Position numbers and translations under genes: made by a program. Shown here in pieces: positions 26,701-35,943 of a stretch of DNA of 64,000 nt. Under the pieces are notes generated by a model. It saw only the letters and a program-made list of their open reading frames with translations. It was not told the DNA's origin and ran no database searches. The stretch covers positions 48,249 through 112,248 of the forward strand of contig CAYOQS010000003.1 in assembly GCA_964406185.1 (NCBI GenBank), written 5' to 3'. Each line of letters starts with the position of its first letter. Position 1 is the first letter of the stretch. Source of the stretch: an uncultured Methanosarcinales archaeon. Lineage in GTDB: Archaea > Nanobdellota > Nanobdellia > Woesearchaeales > UBA11576.

Positions 26701-28146
26701 ATCGATACCGACAGTATCAGAACCGAGGTCGCCGTCTGTGTCCATGACAGTGCATGTAGCTACAAAGACACCCTCAGAAGTGTAAGTATGCGAAGCAGTA
26801 TCATCAGCCCCGCCAGGGCTTCCGTCGCCGAACTCTATCAGGTAAGCGAAAGGAGCGTTGCCACCGGCAACATCACAGGTAAAGTCTACTGCAAGAGGAG
26901 CCTCGCCGGACATCGGACTCGCGATGAGCTCCACGACAGGAGCGTTGTCATCGATAGTTATCTCTTCTGAATCAGAGCCGACATCACCGTCAGCGTCAGT
27001 CACTGTACAGGTAGCGTTGTAGATGCCTTCTGTGCTGTACGTGTGGTCTGCTACATCAGAAGCGACCGAACCTTCATCGCCAAAATCTATCACGTAAGAG
27101 AGCGGCTCGTCACCACCTGAAGCAGAACAGACGAAATGCACGGTCGTGCCCTCAGGACCTCCTGAAGGTAAAGCCACAAGATCCACAGAAGGTGCGCTGT
27201 CATCAGTGACAGTTATCCTTACAGTATCAGAATCCCAGCACTCCCCATCCTCGACATGGAACGTGACATCATAAACGCCCGCCTGGTCATAACCAGGAGT
27301 CCAGGAGAAAATCCTTGAAACAGTATCGAAACCAGCGCCAGCAGGAAGGTCTGAAGCAGAGAAGAAAAGCTCCTCCCCATCAGGATCTGAAGCGCCCACT
27401 GAAAAAGAAAGGGCCCGACCCTCCCTAACTTCCTGATCAGGAACGTCATCCATCACAGGACACCTGTTAGTATCACGCACATGGATGGTCATGGTCTGCG
27501 AATCAGTATCGCCATGCTCGTCAGTCACGATGAAAGTCACAGAGTAGTCACCAGCCTGGTCGAAATCAGGAGTCCAGCTGAACCTTCTTGAAGCAGGGCT
27601 GAAAGAAGCGCCTGAAGGAAGTCCCGCCGCTGAGAAAGTGATATCATCACCGTCAGGATCCGAACCAGACACATAGAACTGGAGCAAGTGGTCCTCATAG
27701 ACAGTCTTGTCAGCTATATGGTTAAGGACAGGTGGATTGTTAGCCGCTTCGGGCCCTACAACAAGACGCAACTGCTCACTTCTCGTGACCACAGAATCTG
27801 AAACTGTGAATCGCACCCAGTACTCGCCAGCTTCCACATAATCAGACTCTTCGATCTCAACAATATCCCAGCCGGTGAAGACAGATATATCTATATCGCG
27901 CTCCTCAAGGACTGTGACAAGAGAGCCATCTGCCCTTCTCAATTCCGCGCGATAATGCACTGTAGTGTCAAGCGAAGTGAAATCGCCTGAATGTGCTGTA
28001 GCTGTACTGCCGAAGCCTATGCTGTGCGGGTCAGAAGTGCCGATCGGAAGCCAGTAAGGCCCTGACCATGCCAGACCGAAAACAGCGGGGCTCAACAGCA
28101 AGAGCAGCAACGTAAAAATGACCGCTTTCATATTCTTCATTTTCAT
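23722..28146 (-). CDS. giant (1474-aa) secreted PKD-domain protein with 8 Cys-flanked DNDGDG (TSP3/dockerin-like Ca-binding) repeats and CARDB-like C-terminal domain
   Basis: Signal MKMKNMKAVIFTLLLLLLSPAVFG. Multiple Ig-like PKD-type segments. QCSDGIDNDGDGLIDMADPGCE repeated. No TM. Confidence 0.8.
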   Translation of the reverse strand: MKMKNMKAVIFTLLLLLLSPAVFGLAWSGPYWLPIGTSDPHSIGFGSTATAHSGDFTSLDTTVHYRAELRRADGSLVTVLEERDIDISVFTGWDIVEIEESDYVEAGEYWVRFTVSDSVVTRSEQLRLVVGPEAANNPPVLNHIADKTVYEDHLLQFYVSGSDPDGDDITFSAAGLPSGASFSPASRRFSWTPDFDQAGDYSVTFIVTDEHGDTDSQTMTIHVRDTNRCPVMDDVPDQEVREGRALSFSVGASDPDGEELFFSASDLPAGAGFDTVSRIFSWTPGYDQAGVYDVTFHVEDGECWDSDTVRITVTDDSAPSVDLVALPSGGPEGTTVHFVCSASGGDEPLSYVIDFGDEGSVASDVADHTYSTEGIYNATCTVTDADGDVGSDSEEITIDDNAPVVELIASPMSGEAPLAVDFTCDVAGGNAPFAYLIEFGDGSPGGADDTASHTYTSEGVFVATCTVMDTDGDLGSDTVGIDVSENRCPSLGWYDDMTVRVGETLEFDLEALDADGDDLTFWADMPFTPFLTADGHFSWTPVELQIGDHSATFRVTDGVCEDSTTINIEVLPALPDNHAPEANFTWSPETPQAGEEVMFNSTSTDPDGDSLTCGWDFDDDGWSDSDDCFAVWTFEAPGDYPVTLTVSDGEFSDSVTHTVNVLGQLNVTSIDCFDPVVEDSLQSCSVRVESSHGASVGGANAVLFYDGGSEITNCITDSLTGSCVITFPTDVVGNYTVYATAEKPGWSPDLDADPTASFQVLARRYVISNLAVYNDSGFTQEDYDFFRGEDMFVHFMVLDESGAPADDLVTSVALVSPPGGVAWFDEFAPNTDGNYWYDLRIPVTHDFLGDSQVFTFAFNFSDGSGSQMVVEVVIRNNPPVIDPAVVDEFDRTFDDTTIIGLSPYESDVEDSGRGLQWSVLGVDHAVAEVSVDMDDFLTVTPLAPGYDIITLVLSDLDGDVDTIDVPVNTGGSSLAQCEDGIDNDGDGLIDMADPGCESPEDDDESDDPVLPQCSDGIDNDGDGLIDLADPGCSDAMDDDESDDPSSLPQCSDGIDNDGDGLIDMADPGCESPEDDDETDPVTPPQCSDGVDNDGDGLIDMADPGCEGPGDDDETDPVVLPQCSDGIDNDGDGLIDMADPGCDNPADDDETDPVLPQCSDGIDNDGDGLIDMEDPDCLSAEDDNEAHVPQCADGVDNDGDGLVDLADPGCTDASDDDETDFAGNQPPVAVIDLSRAYGAPGVIIDVDGSGSYDPDGVVAEHSWVITGPGNYTYSDLHVPGLPGGFAVQFFEEGLYEFRLTVVDGEGAGDTEVVAVTISSGLAQCDNGLDDDGDGLVDWQEDPHCADAYDDLEGEIDVSTDDMPFRDEDELLINRVDINGHDVEAAVVEPGNYYRLSVALQNNLDYSLEDIRVDMSIQELGIRNMDLLRELEPGETSTVVLNLGVPEWAEPGLYDLRVVVSNDDVRRVKYRVVTVA
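24500..25235 (-). repeat. seven tandem ~105-nt in-frame coding repeats (Cys-x-DGxDNDGDGLxDxxDPxC + acidic linker); eighth diverged copy at ~24100-24190
   Basis: The periodicity shows in the protein, and antisense ORFs 24589-25262 repeat IIIDTV.. motifs. Confidence 0.75.
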
Positions 28147-28189
28147 TCCACCTGTCTCAAATTATGATCATAAAAAACAAAAGATTTGC

Positions 28190-30265
28190 TCACTCCTCAG
28201 GCTCGTCAGAAGAGTTGCCCCCTCCGAAGTAACCCTCAAGGCTGATACCAGCACCCCATTCCTGGAGACCGTCACCGTCAAAGCCGAAAAGGCCCCTCAA
28301 GCCGATGCCAAAGTTAGGATGCGGCCTGAACGTTACGCCCGGAGCTATAACACCAAGAACGTGCGTATCAAGATCTGAGGAGCTTTCGTGATACTCATCA
28401 GCAAGCTCGCCGTTCTGGTAGAACACCTGATCCAGCCTTTCGCTGTCCTGATCATTGAACACGACATTAACCCCGCCGGCAACAGCTACCTGCAGCCAGT
28501 CAAGCGGAGCATACCTCAACTCAAGCTCTGCGTCAAGCACATGTGTAGATGTATAGACACTTCCTTCTACAACTCCAGTAAGTCCGAAAGGATTATCAGG
28601 GTCAGGCAATGTAGTCCTGGAATCAGGATGTCTCACGCTCGAAGAGCCGCCATATCCATAGCCGACCAGGCCCACAAGATAGACCGGAGAGTCACCCAGC
28701 TGACCGCCAAGATAGAGCGAAGCGAGCGGGCCCGGATGCTGCAACGCAGCACCATCAACATAAAGCAGCCTGACACCCGCAAGCAGATTCGGCAAAGAAT
28801 CTTCCTGTCCTGAAACTTCTGGAGCCGGTGCGGGCTCTTCCTGTCCTGCAGTGCCTGACTCATCATCGTCAGACGCGTCAGCGCAGTCAGGATCAGCAAG
28901 GTCGATCAGACCATCACCATCATTGTCAATGCAGTCATTGCACTCTGTCGGAGGAACAATCTCCGGAACAGTCTCCGGAACTGTATCCTGTCCATCATCA
29001 GGAGCTGGTGTTGAAGGTGTGTAATCCCCTGAAGCATCAGTCGGGTCCGGCCCACCATGGTCAGGAGCAGGAGGTGTGGGCGGTGTAGGAGGAGTATCAT
29101 CCTGCTGGATTATAACATCAACACCTGTGTCTTCATCATCAGCTATCGGAGGAGCTGTATAGACCGGCGCCGAAACAGGCTCTCCATGCAGAGACCTTCT
29201 CACCCAAATGCCTCCAGCAACACCGCCAGGGCCATAGCTGCCGCAAGGCTCGATCTTCGCGTGAACGATCATATAAGGACCAGGCAGGTCGACGAACATG
29301 CTGTTCCTTGTGATATGCCTTATAGGAAGGCCATTAGTTCCCACGCAGGCATCAGGATCCGTCCGCACAGCATCAGGGCAGATATAGCCAACATCACCGA
29401 TCCTGTCACCACCATTAGGCGCGCTGGACAGGACAGGAGCAGTAGCGATCTGCTCATAATCACCTGAAAAATACCTCAGGACAACTATAAGGTTTGGATC
29501 AAGCGTGCCCTCACCCTCATGCCTGAAATTGTCCATAGCGAAAAGACGGACCTCATCATTGTTGAAAGGCTCTCCGCGCGCATCACCTATCTCGTTGATC
29601 ATACCTGCAAGATCTATGCTCATGTAAGCGTCAGCTCTCTGGTGGTCCAAAACCCACTCAAATGTAGCTCCATCTGCAACACCGGGAACACCGTGAAGTT
29701 CTGCAGTCACCTCCCTGGTGTCAGGACTGCCGCCGAAACTTGCGCCATTGAAAAGATATACATCGAATGACCTGTCAGCACGGTACTGGCCGTCAGTCAC
29801 GTTGATGAGGCTGCCACCAAGGTAAACCAATCCGGTAGGAGAATCACCGATACCTGAAAGCTGCCTCCGTATGTTCATGTCATGAAGAAGCTGTGCCTGC
29901 GGAACGACCTGCGCTTCAGGCACGTCACCGACCCAGCCTGCAGCCATTATATGCTCAGGAAGCAGGAACTGGTTCTCACCCTCCACAGAGACTGCAGGAT
30001 TATAATGCTGAATAAGAGATGCCAGGTCCTCTGCTGAAAAAGAAGGTGCGGCAGATGATGCTGCTGCAGAACCTGCAGGCACTGCGTCAGCAGAACCTGT
30101 GCCTGATACCGCGCCCTGCTGTAGTATAGCATCTGCGGATCCTGGTGAAAGAGTGACAGGCTCTGGTCCGGCCTGCTGTGCTTGAGCATCATCATCAGCC
30201 AGTGCAACCGTGCCTGCGGCCGCTACGGGCAGTAAAAATTTAATAACGCTGTTTGAAAGCTTCAT
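28190..30265 (-). CDS. secreted ~690-aa protein with one Cys-flanked DNDGDG motif and Pro/Thr-rich linker
   Basis: ATG 30265 with GGAGGT SD. Signal MKLSNSVIKFLLPVAAAGTVALA. Carries ECNDCIDNDGDGLIDLADPDC. Confidence 0.7.
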   Translation of the reverse strand: MKLSNSVIKFLLPVAAAGTVALADDDAQAQQAGPEPVTLSPGSADAILQQGAVSGTGSADAVPAGSAAASSAAPSFSAEDLASLIQHYNPAVSVEGENQFLLPEHIMAAGWVGDVPEAQVVPQAQLLHDMNIRRQLSGIGDSPTGLVYLGGSLINVTDGQYRADRSFDVYLFNGASFGGSPDTREVTAELHGVPGVADGATFEWVLDHQRADAYMSIDLAGMINEIGDARGEPFNNDEVRLFAMDNFRHEGEGTLDPNLIVVLRYFSGDYEQIATAPVLSSAPNGGDRIGDVGYICPDAVRTDPDACVGTNGLPIRHITRNSMFVDLPGPYMIVHAKIEPCGSYGPGGVAGGIWVRRSLHGEPVSAPVYTAPPIADDEDTGVDVIIQQDDTPPTPPTPPAPDHGGPDPTDASGDYTPSTPAPDDGQDTVPETVPEIVPPTECNDCIDNDGDGLIDLADPDCADASDDDESGTAGQEEPAPAPEVSGQEDSLPNLLAGVRLLYVDGAALQHPGPLASLYLGGQLGDSPVYLVGLVGYGYGGSSSVRHPDSRTTLPDPDNPFGLTGVVEGSVYTSTHVLDAELELRYAPLDWLQVAVAGGVNVVFNDQDSERLDQVFYQNGELADEYHESSSDLDTHVLGVIAPGVTFRPHPNFGIGLRGLFGFDGDGLQEWGAGISLEGYFGGGNSSDEPEE

Positions 30266-30550
30266 TTTGGGTATACCTCCGAAATACACGTGTAACTATG
30301 ATTTGCAAACTGGTCACCCTTTTTACCCCCTTTACAATACGAAAAATAGCCCGAAAAGACTTATTTAACACTCAAATATCATCAAATATTGGTTTAAGCA
30401 TTCCCTACTGATATGTAACAGTGCTCCGTATAGTAACACGCCATATTTAAATGTTTCTGTTTTGTTGTTATTCATCAGTCCTAACAACTTCGAAACATCG
30501 AATATAAAGAAAAAAAGACTTATAAAGGCTTCTGCAAGCGATTTTACAAA

Positions 30551-31651
30551 ATGATAAGCATAATCGGCGCAGGCCCTGCAGGAAGCCAAGCAGCAAAGCA
30601 CCTCGCAGAGAAAGGCGAGCAAGTAAAGGTCATCGAAGAGCACAGCAGCATAGGCAGACCAGTGCAATGCACAGGCATAGTAACTCAAAGCATAAAAGAA
30701 GAGGTCGGGCTGCGCAACAGCCTTGTCATCAACAAGCTCAGGAAAGTCCGGCTCCACGCACCAGACAGAAGCACAGCAGAAATCAAATTATCAGACATAG
30801 TCATAGACCGGACAAAATTCGACCAACACTTAGCAGAAGAAGCAAGGAAAAAAGGGGTGCGGATCCTGCTCAACAACAGAGTCACAGGAATAAAAAAAAG
30901 CAGGCTGAAGATAAAGAACACAAAGACAAAAAGAACAAGGACCGTCACAACAGACACCATCATCGGCGCTGACGGGCCAAACTCACTCGTGTCAAGATAT
31001 ATCGGAAACCAAACGCCAGCATACTGGACAGGAGTTCAGGCAGTCGCACAGATGCGCGTCGACAAGACTGCATACGACGTGTATTTCGGAAAAGAATTCC
31101 CAGGATTCTTCGGATGGGTCGTGCCTGAGAATGAGGGCAGAGCAAGGATAGGAACAGCAGTGCCAGCAGGGCACAACCCAAGAAAGACGTTCGACAGGTT
31201 CATCAAAAGATTTGAGAAATATAGGGTATTGGAGATGCAGGGCGGACTGATACCAAGATACGACCCAAAAATCAGAGTCAGCTCTGAAGGTGTTTATATC
31301 ATCGGGGACGCGGCAACACAGGTCAAAGCCACGACCGGCGGAGGACTCGTGCCAGGACTGAAAGCAGCAAGATGCCTCGCCAACGCGATAAGCAACAACA
31401 CAAGCTACCCTAAAGAGCTTCGCAAAGTCAACAAGGAACTAAGGACCAGCCTCATGCTCAGGAACGTGCTGGACAGGTTCACAGATGAAGACCACAACAG
31501 GCTCATAGAACTCGTCAACAACGAGAATATCAAGAGATTGCTCGACAAGGAAGACAGGGACAGGCCAACAAAGATAGTATTTAAATCAGTCATGAAAGAG
31601 CCAAGACTGCTTCTCTTCGCCAAGACTTTATTCAGAGCAAAATGTTTATAA
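30551..31651 (+). CDS. geranylgeranyl reductase family FAD-dependent oxidoreductase (archaeal lipid saturation-type)
   Basis: N-terminal IIGAGPAGSQAAKHLAEKGEQVKVIEE Rossmann motif. Overall length and pattern match the GGR family. Confidence 0.8.
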   Translation: MISIIGAGPAGSQAAKHLAEKGEQVKVIEEHSSIGRPVQCTGIVTQSIKEEVGLRNSLVINKLRKVRLHAPDRSTAEIKLSDIVIDRTKFDQHLAEEARKKGVRILLNNRVTGIKKSRLKIKNTKTKRTRTVTTDTIIGADGPNSLVSRYIGNQTPAYWTGVQAVAQMRVDKTAYDVYFGKEFPGFFGWVVPENEGRARIGTAVPAGHNPRKTFDRFIKRFEKYRVLEMQGGLIPRYDPKIRVSSEGVYIIGDAATQVKATTGGGLVPGLKAARCLANAISNNTSYPKELRKVNKELRTSLMLRNVLDRFTDEDHNRLIELVNNENIKRLLDKEDRDRPTKIVFKSVMKEPRLLLFAKTLFRAKCL

Positions 31652-31669
31652 ACAGAAGAAAATCCGCAG

Positions 31670-34600
31670 ATGCGGGGGCGTAAAATGGCAGACAAAGACA
31701 AACACAACGAAGATGAAGAAGCAATAATCGACTTCTCAAAGATAAAGGAATGGTTCAGGAAAGAGCCTGAAAAGAAGAAGCACAAAAGCAAGGAAGAGCA
31801 CAAGCATCAAGAACATGAAGTACACACCCCGCACGAACACAAACACGATACAGAACATAAGACAGAGCATGAAAAACACACGCACCATAAGAACAAAGAA
31901 GAAAAAGATGAATTCAAGCTCGACTACAAGGAGACGATCAATTTCTTCAAGAAGTACGGCACATACTTCCTCATACTCATACCCATAATACTCACGATAT
32001 ACCTAAGGCTGCAGCCGGCAGCCCTGCCCATGACAGACGACTGGGCGCAGAATACAGTCTATAATTTCTATAAAGGACAGGTGGCAGACCAGGTAAATGC
32101 CCAATACCCCAACCTGCCGGCAGCGAACAAACAGAAACTAATAGAAACAGAGTTCAACAGGTTCCTGCAGGAGAACCAACAGCTCGTACAACAACAGGTG
32201 GAAGGCACATCACAGCAGTTCAAAGAAAGGTTGATGTACGAATCAGGAGACAGCAAATACGTATATCTGGGGGATATCGACTCATACTACTGGCTCAGGG
32301 ACGCAAGGAAATACCTTGAGAAAGGCCACGTCTGCGACGAGATAGACCATGAAGAAGGGGTATGCTATAAGGATACGTACACAAGGGCACCTCTCAAGAG
32401 TCCCGGTCCTTTGGATAACGGAAAACCCACCCCTTACGTCTATGCAATCTCATACACCTACAAATTCCTCAAGATATTCAATGATGATATCACGATAATG
32501 CAGGCGTCATTCTACGTGCCGCTCATCTTCGGAGTGCTTTCCGCGATACTCGCTTTCCTGATCGGCAGACTGATAGCAGGAAACCTGGCCGGGCTTGTGG
32601 CTTCCATAGTGATTTCGGTAAATCCAATACACCTTTCAAGGACATTGGGTTCTGACAATGACCCGCAGAACATATTCTTCCCGCTCCTGATAGTCCTGTT
32701 CTTCCTATACACCTTCCAAGCAAGGGATATGAAGAAAAGACTCATATTCGGAGCATTGACAGGACTCGCGATAAGCTTCTTCGCCATGGCATGGCAGGGA
32801 TGGTGGTTCATGTTCAACGCAATACTCGCCACACTGATAATATACTTCGCATTCTACCTTGTGAGGCAGGCGATACACCACAAGAAGATAAGCACCGCCC
32901 TCAAGGCAAAAGAGACAAAGAACATCCTGGGAGTTATCGGGACGATAGTCCTTTCGTCCGCATTCTTCGTGACGATACTTTCAGGATTCAGCAACTTCAT
33001 GAAATTCATAACAGGACCGCTATGGTTCACGAAAACAAAAGAAGCAGCACTGGCAACTTTCTGGCCTAACGTCCTGGTAACCGTGGCTGAGTTCAACCCC
33101 GGCTCGATAGGCACGATAATATCACAGATGGGAGGAAAGCTGCTGTTCTTCCTAGGACTGATGGGCATACTCTTCGTCATGGTAAGCAAAGACAAGATCA
33201 GCAGAGAACAGAAATACCTGCTCGCATTCGGAGCCATAATATACCTGTTCCTATCCTCGACATATGGAAAAACACTGGGGCCCATAACATACATGTTCAT
33301 GGTGGCATTGCCTGTCATCGTCGGCATGATCCTCCTGCTGAAATCAAAAGAGGAAGTCGACGTAAAACTCGCGATACTACTCGTGATATGGTTCGTGGGA
33401 ACCACTTTCGCAGCACTGAAAGGAGTTCGTTTCACCCTGCTCATGGTATCAGCATTCGGAGTCGCGCTCGGAATAACGATATCCTCGCTCTACAGGATAG
33501 CATCAAAATGGATAAGCAAAGAGCTCAAGATAAACGAGCTGATGACAAAGACCGTCGTAGCGATCCTGCTATTGCTGGTGCTCATCGCACCCATAAAGAC
33601 AGGCTACGCGACAGCGACAAACTTCATGCCGTCAGTCAATGACGCCTGGTACAGCTCACTTACAAAGATAAGGGACAACTCGGAACCTGACGCGATAATA
33701 AACTCCTGGTGGGACTTCGGACACTGGTTCAAATACCTCGCAGACAGGAGAGTAACACTTGACGGTTCAAGTCAGGCAGGACCGCCGCTGCACTGGCTGG
33801 GCAAGCTCATGGTCACAGACGATGAAAAGCACTCAGTCGGCATACTGCGGATGCTGGACTGCGGAAGCAACAACGCATTCGACGAGCTGAATGGCGTGCT
33901 TAATGATACACCAAGGTCGATAGACATCCTCGACGAATTGGTCACTCTTGAAAAAGCTGAAGCAGGAAACCTGCTGGTGGATGAAGGGCTTACAAGAGAA
34001 GAAGCAGGAGACGTTCTCAAGTACACACACTGCGATCCGCCAGAAAACTTCTTTATCACAAGCGAAGACATGGTCGGCAAGGCAGGAGTCTGGGGACACT
34101 TCGGAAGCTGGGATTTCAGCAGGGCAGAGATGTACACCAAAGTGAAAGGCAAAAGCATCGAAGAAGGCAAAGAGATACTATCAGACCCGAAATACAACCT
34201 CAGCCCGGAACAGATAGACACATACTATTACGACATACAGACACAGGACGACAACACATGGATAACACCCTGGCCAGGATACCTATCAAGCGTGCAGCAG
34301 TGCGAGATGCCGAATGATGCAGGGATGATGCTCTGCAACCAAAGGATATCCAACGGTCAGCAGATACCGTTCGCGGTCAACCTCACGAATATGGATGTGA
34401 TCATAGCAGCGCAGGGCAACCCAAAACCGGACTCTATAGTATACGTCACAGAGAACGGGACAGAAGAGAATAAATTCAGCGGCAACACATTAGGATTCTC
34501 AGTAGTCCTCATACCGAAAGGAGAGCGGGGATATGCAGCACTGGCGACACACCCCTACCTCGCAAACAGCATGTTCACCAGGCTATTCTACCTGCAGGGA

Positions 34601-34906
34601 CACGGCCTCAAGTACTTCGACGAATTCGACGACCAGCACGGAGTCACAGGAGGAAGGATACTCGTATGGAAAGTAGACTGGGAAGGGACAGACATGAACA
34701 AAGTATACGGAGCTGTCGAACCAGGCGATGAAACATCAGAAGAAGAAATTGAAGCGGAAGATACTGCTGCAGAAGAAGAGCAGACAGAAGACAAAAATAC
34801 CGAGCCTGAAAGAGAAAGTATCGAAGAAGAGCAGGAAGAAACAGCGCCAGAAAGCAGCACAGCACTTGATGAAGATGATGTAGAAGTCGAATTCTCGATA
34901 GAATAG
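31670..34906 (+). CDS. aglB: oligosaccharyltransferase AglB (STT3 family), long form with His-rich N-terminal tail and acidic C-terminal tail
   Basis: WWDFGHW (WWDxG) motif. 13 or more TM helices followed by a large soluble domain. N-terminal HKHQEHEVHTPHEHKHDTEHKTEHEKHTHH. Confidence 0.9.
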   Translation: MRGRKMADKDKHNEDEEAIIDFSKIKEWFRKEPEKKKHKSKEEHKHQEHEVHTPHEHKHDTEHKTEHEKHTHHKNKEEKDEFKLDYKETINFFKKYGTYFLILIPIILTIYLRLQPAALPMTDDWAQNTVYNFYKGQVADQVNAQYPNLPAANKQKLIETEFNRFLQENQQLVQQQVEGTSQQFKERLMYESGDSKYVYLGDIDSYYWLRDARKYLEKGHVCDEIDHEEGVCYKDTYTRAPLKSPGPLDNGKPTPYVYAISYTYKFLKIFNDDITIMQASFYVPLIFGVLSAILAFLIGRLIAGNLAGLVASIVISVNPIHLSRTLGSDNDPQNIFFPLLIVLFFLYTFQARDMKKRLIFGALTGLAISFFAMAWQGWWFMFNAILATLIIYFAFYLVRQAIHHKKISTALKAKETKNILGVIGTIVLSSAFFVTILSGFSNFMKFITGPLWFTKTKEAALATFWPNVLVTVAEFNPGSIGTIISQMGGKLLFFLGLMGILFVMVSKDKISREQKYLLAFGAIIYLFLSSTYGKTLGPITYMFMVALPVIVGMILLLKSKEEVDVKLAILLVIWFVGTTFAALKGVRFTLLMVSAFGVALGITISSLYRIASKWISKELKINELMTKTVVAILLLLVLIAPIKTGYATATNFMPSVNDAWYSSLTKIRDNSEPDAIINSWWDFGHWFKYLADRRVTLDGSSQAGPPLHWLGKLMVTDDEKHSVGILRMLDCGSNNAFDELNGVLNDTPRSIDILDELVTLEKAEAGNLLVDEGLTREEAGDVLKYTHCDPPENFFITSEDMVGKAGVWGHFGSWDFSRAEMYTKVKGKSIEEGKEILSDPKYNLSPEQIDTYYYDIQTQDDNTWITPWPGYLSSVQQCEMPNDAGMMLCNQRISNGQQIPFAVNLTNMDVIIAAQGNPKPDSIVYVTENGTEENKFSGNTLGFSVVLIPKGERGYAALATHPYLANSMFTRLFYLQGHGLKYFDEFDDQHGVTGGRILVWKVDWEGTDMNKVYGAVEPGDETSEEEIEAEDTAAEEEQTEDKNTEPERESIEEEQEETAPESSTALDEDDVEVEFSIE

Positions 34907-34910
34907 GCCC

Positions 34911-35585
34911 ATGAAAACAGCAAAAAATGCATCCATAATAATACCCGCGCACAACGAGCAGATACACATAACTAAAGTCCTGAAAAAGACAAAGAAGTAC
35001 GCAAAAGCCAGCAACATCATAGTCGTCGATGACGGGTCAAAGGACAAGACCTATGATTTCGCGCTCCAGGAAGGCGTGACAGTCTTGAGGCACGTGATAA
35101 ACCTGGGAAAAGGAGCTGCACTGAAGACAGGAAGCGAATACGCGATCAGGCAGGGCGCGAAGATCCTTGTCTTCATGGACTCTGACGGGCAGCACAGGCC
35201 GGAAGACATACCCAAATTCCTCAAGGCACTCCAAGGCGCAAGCATCGTCTTCGGATCGAGAGTGCCCAGCAAAAAGATGCCCGCAATACTCAAGTTCGGA
35301 AACTGGTCCATAAACATGATCAACAGCCTGCTATTCGGGATAAAGTTAAGGGACACACAGTCAGGATACAGGGCGATGACAGCAAAAGCCTACAGGAAGA
35401 TAAGGTGGAAATCCACCAGCTACAGCGTCGAATCAGAGATGGTAGCCCTTGCGGGAAAGAAAAACTTAAAATACAAGGAAATACCGATCAAGACAATATA
35501 CTCAGACAAGTACAAAGGCACCACAGTCATAGACGGCATACGAATCGTGCTCAACATGATATGGTGGAAGCTCACAAGGTGGTAA
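34911..35585 (+). CDS. GT2 glycosyltransferase (dolichyl-phosphate sugar synthase-like)
   Basis: IIIPAHNE...VVDDGSKDKT with DxD-type motifs. Confidence 0.85.
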   Translation: MKTAKNASIIIPAHNEQIHITKVLKKTKKYAKASNIIVVDDGSKDKTYDFALQEGVTVLRHVINLGKGAALKTGSEYAIRQGAKILVFMDSDGQHRPEDIPKFLKALQGASIVFGSRVPSKKMPAILKFGNWSINMINSLLFGIKLRDTQSGYRAMTAKAYRKIRWKSTSYSVESEMVALAGKKNLKYKEIPIKTIYSDKYKGTTVIDGIRIVLNMIWWKLTRW

Positions 35586-35586
35586 G

Positions 35587-35943
35587 ATGATAGTCGGCGT
35601 GCAGATACTCATATTGCTTTTCGGTCTGGTCATGATATACTTCACATTCCTATACTACAAAAGAGCAAACTACGACAAGGTAGGCCTGGTATTCTGGCTG
35701 CTCGTCTGGCTCGGATTCATGTTCCTAGGGGTCTTCCCCCAGACCGTATACGGCATCATGGAAGCACTAGCCATAGAAAGGACAGCAGACTTCTTCTACG
35801 CAGGAGGGATGGTATTTTTCGCTGTGCTCCTGTTCTACATGTACAACATCACAAAGAAGAACCAGAAACAGGTCGAAGTGCTTGTGAGAAAACTCGCGTT
35901 CAAAAACGCCAAAAAAGGCGTAACAGAAAAGAAGAAAAAATGA
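35587..35943 (+). CDS. small 4-TM membrane protein (DUF2304-like GT2 partner)
   Basis: 118 aa immediately after the GT2 gene. Hydrophobic with a Lys-rich C-terminus. Confidence 0.5.
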   Translation: MIVGVQILILLFGLVMIYFTFLYYKRANYDKVGLVFWLLVWLGFMFLGVFPQTVYGIMEALAIERTADFFYAGGMVFFAVLLFYMYNITKKNQKQVEVLVRKLAFKNAKKGVTEKKKK

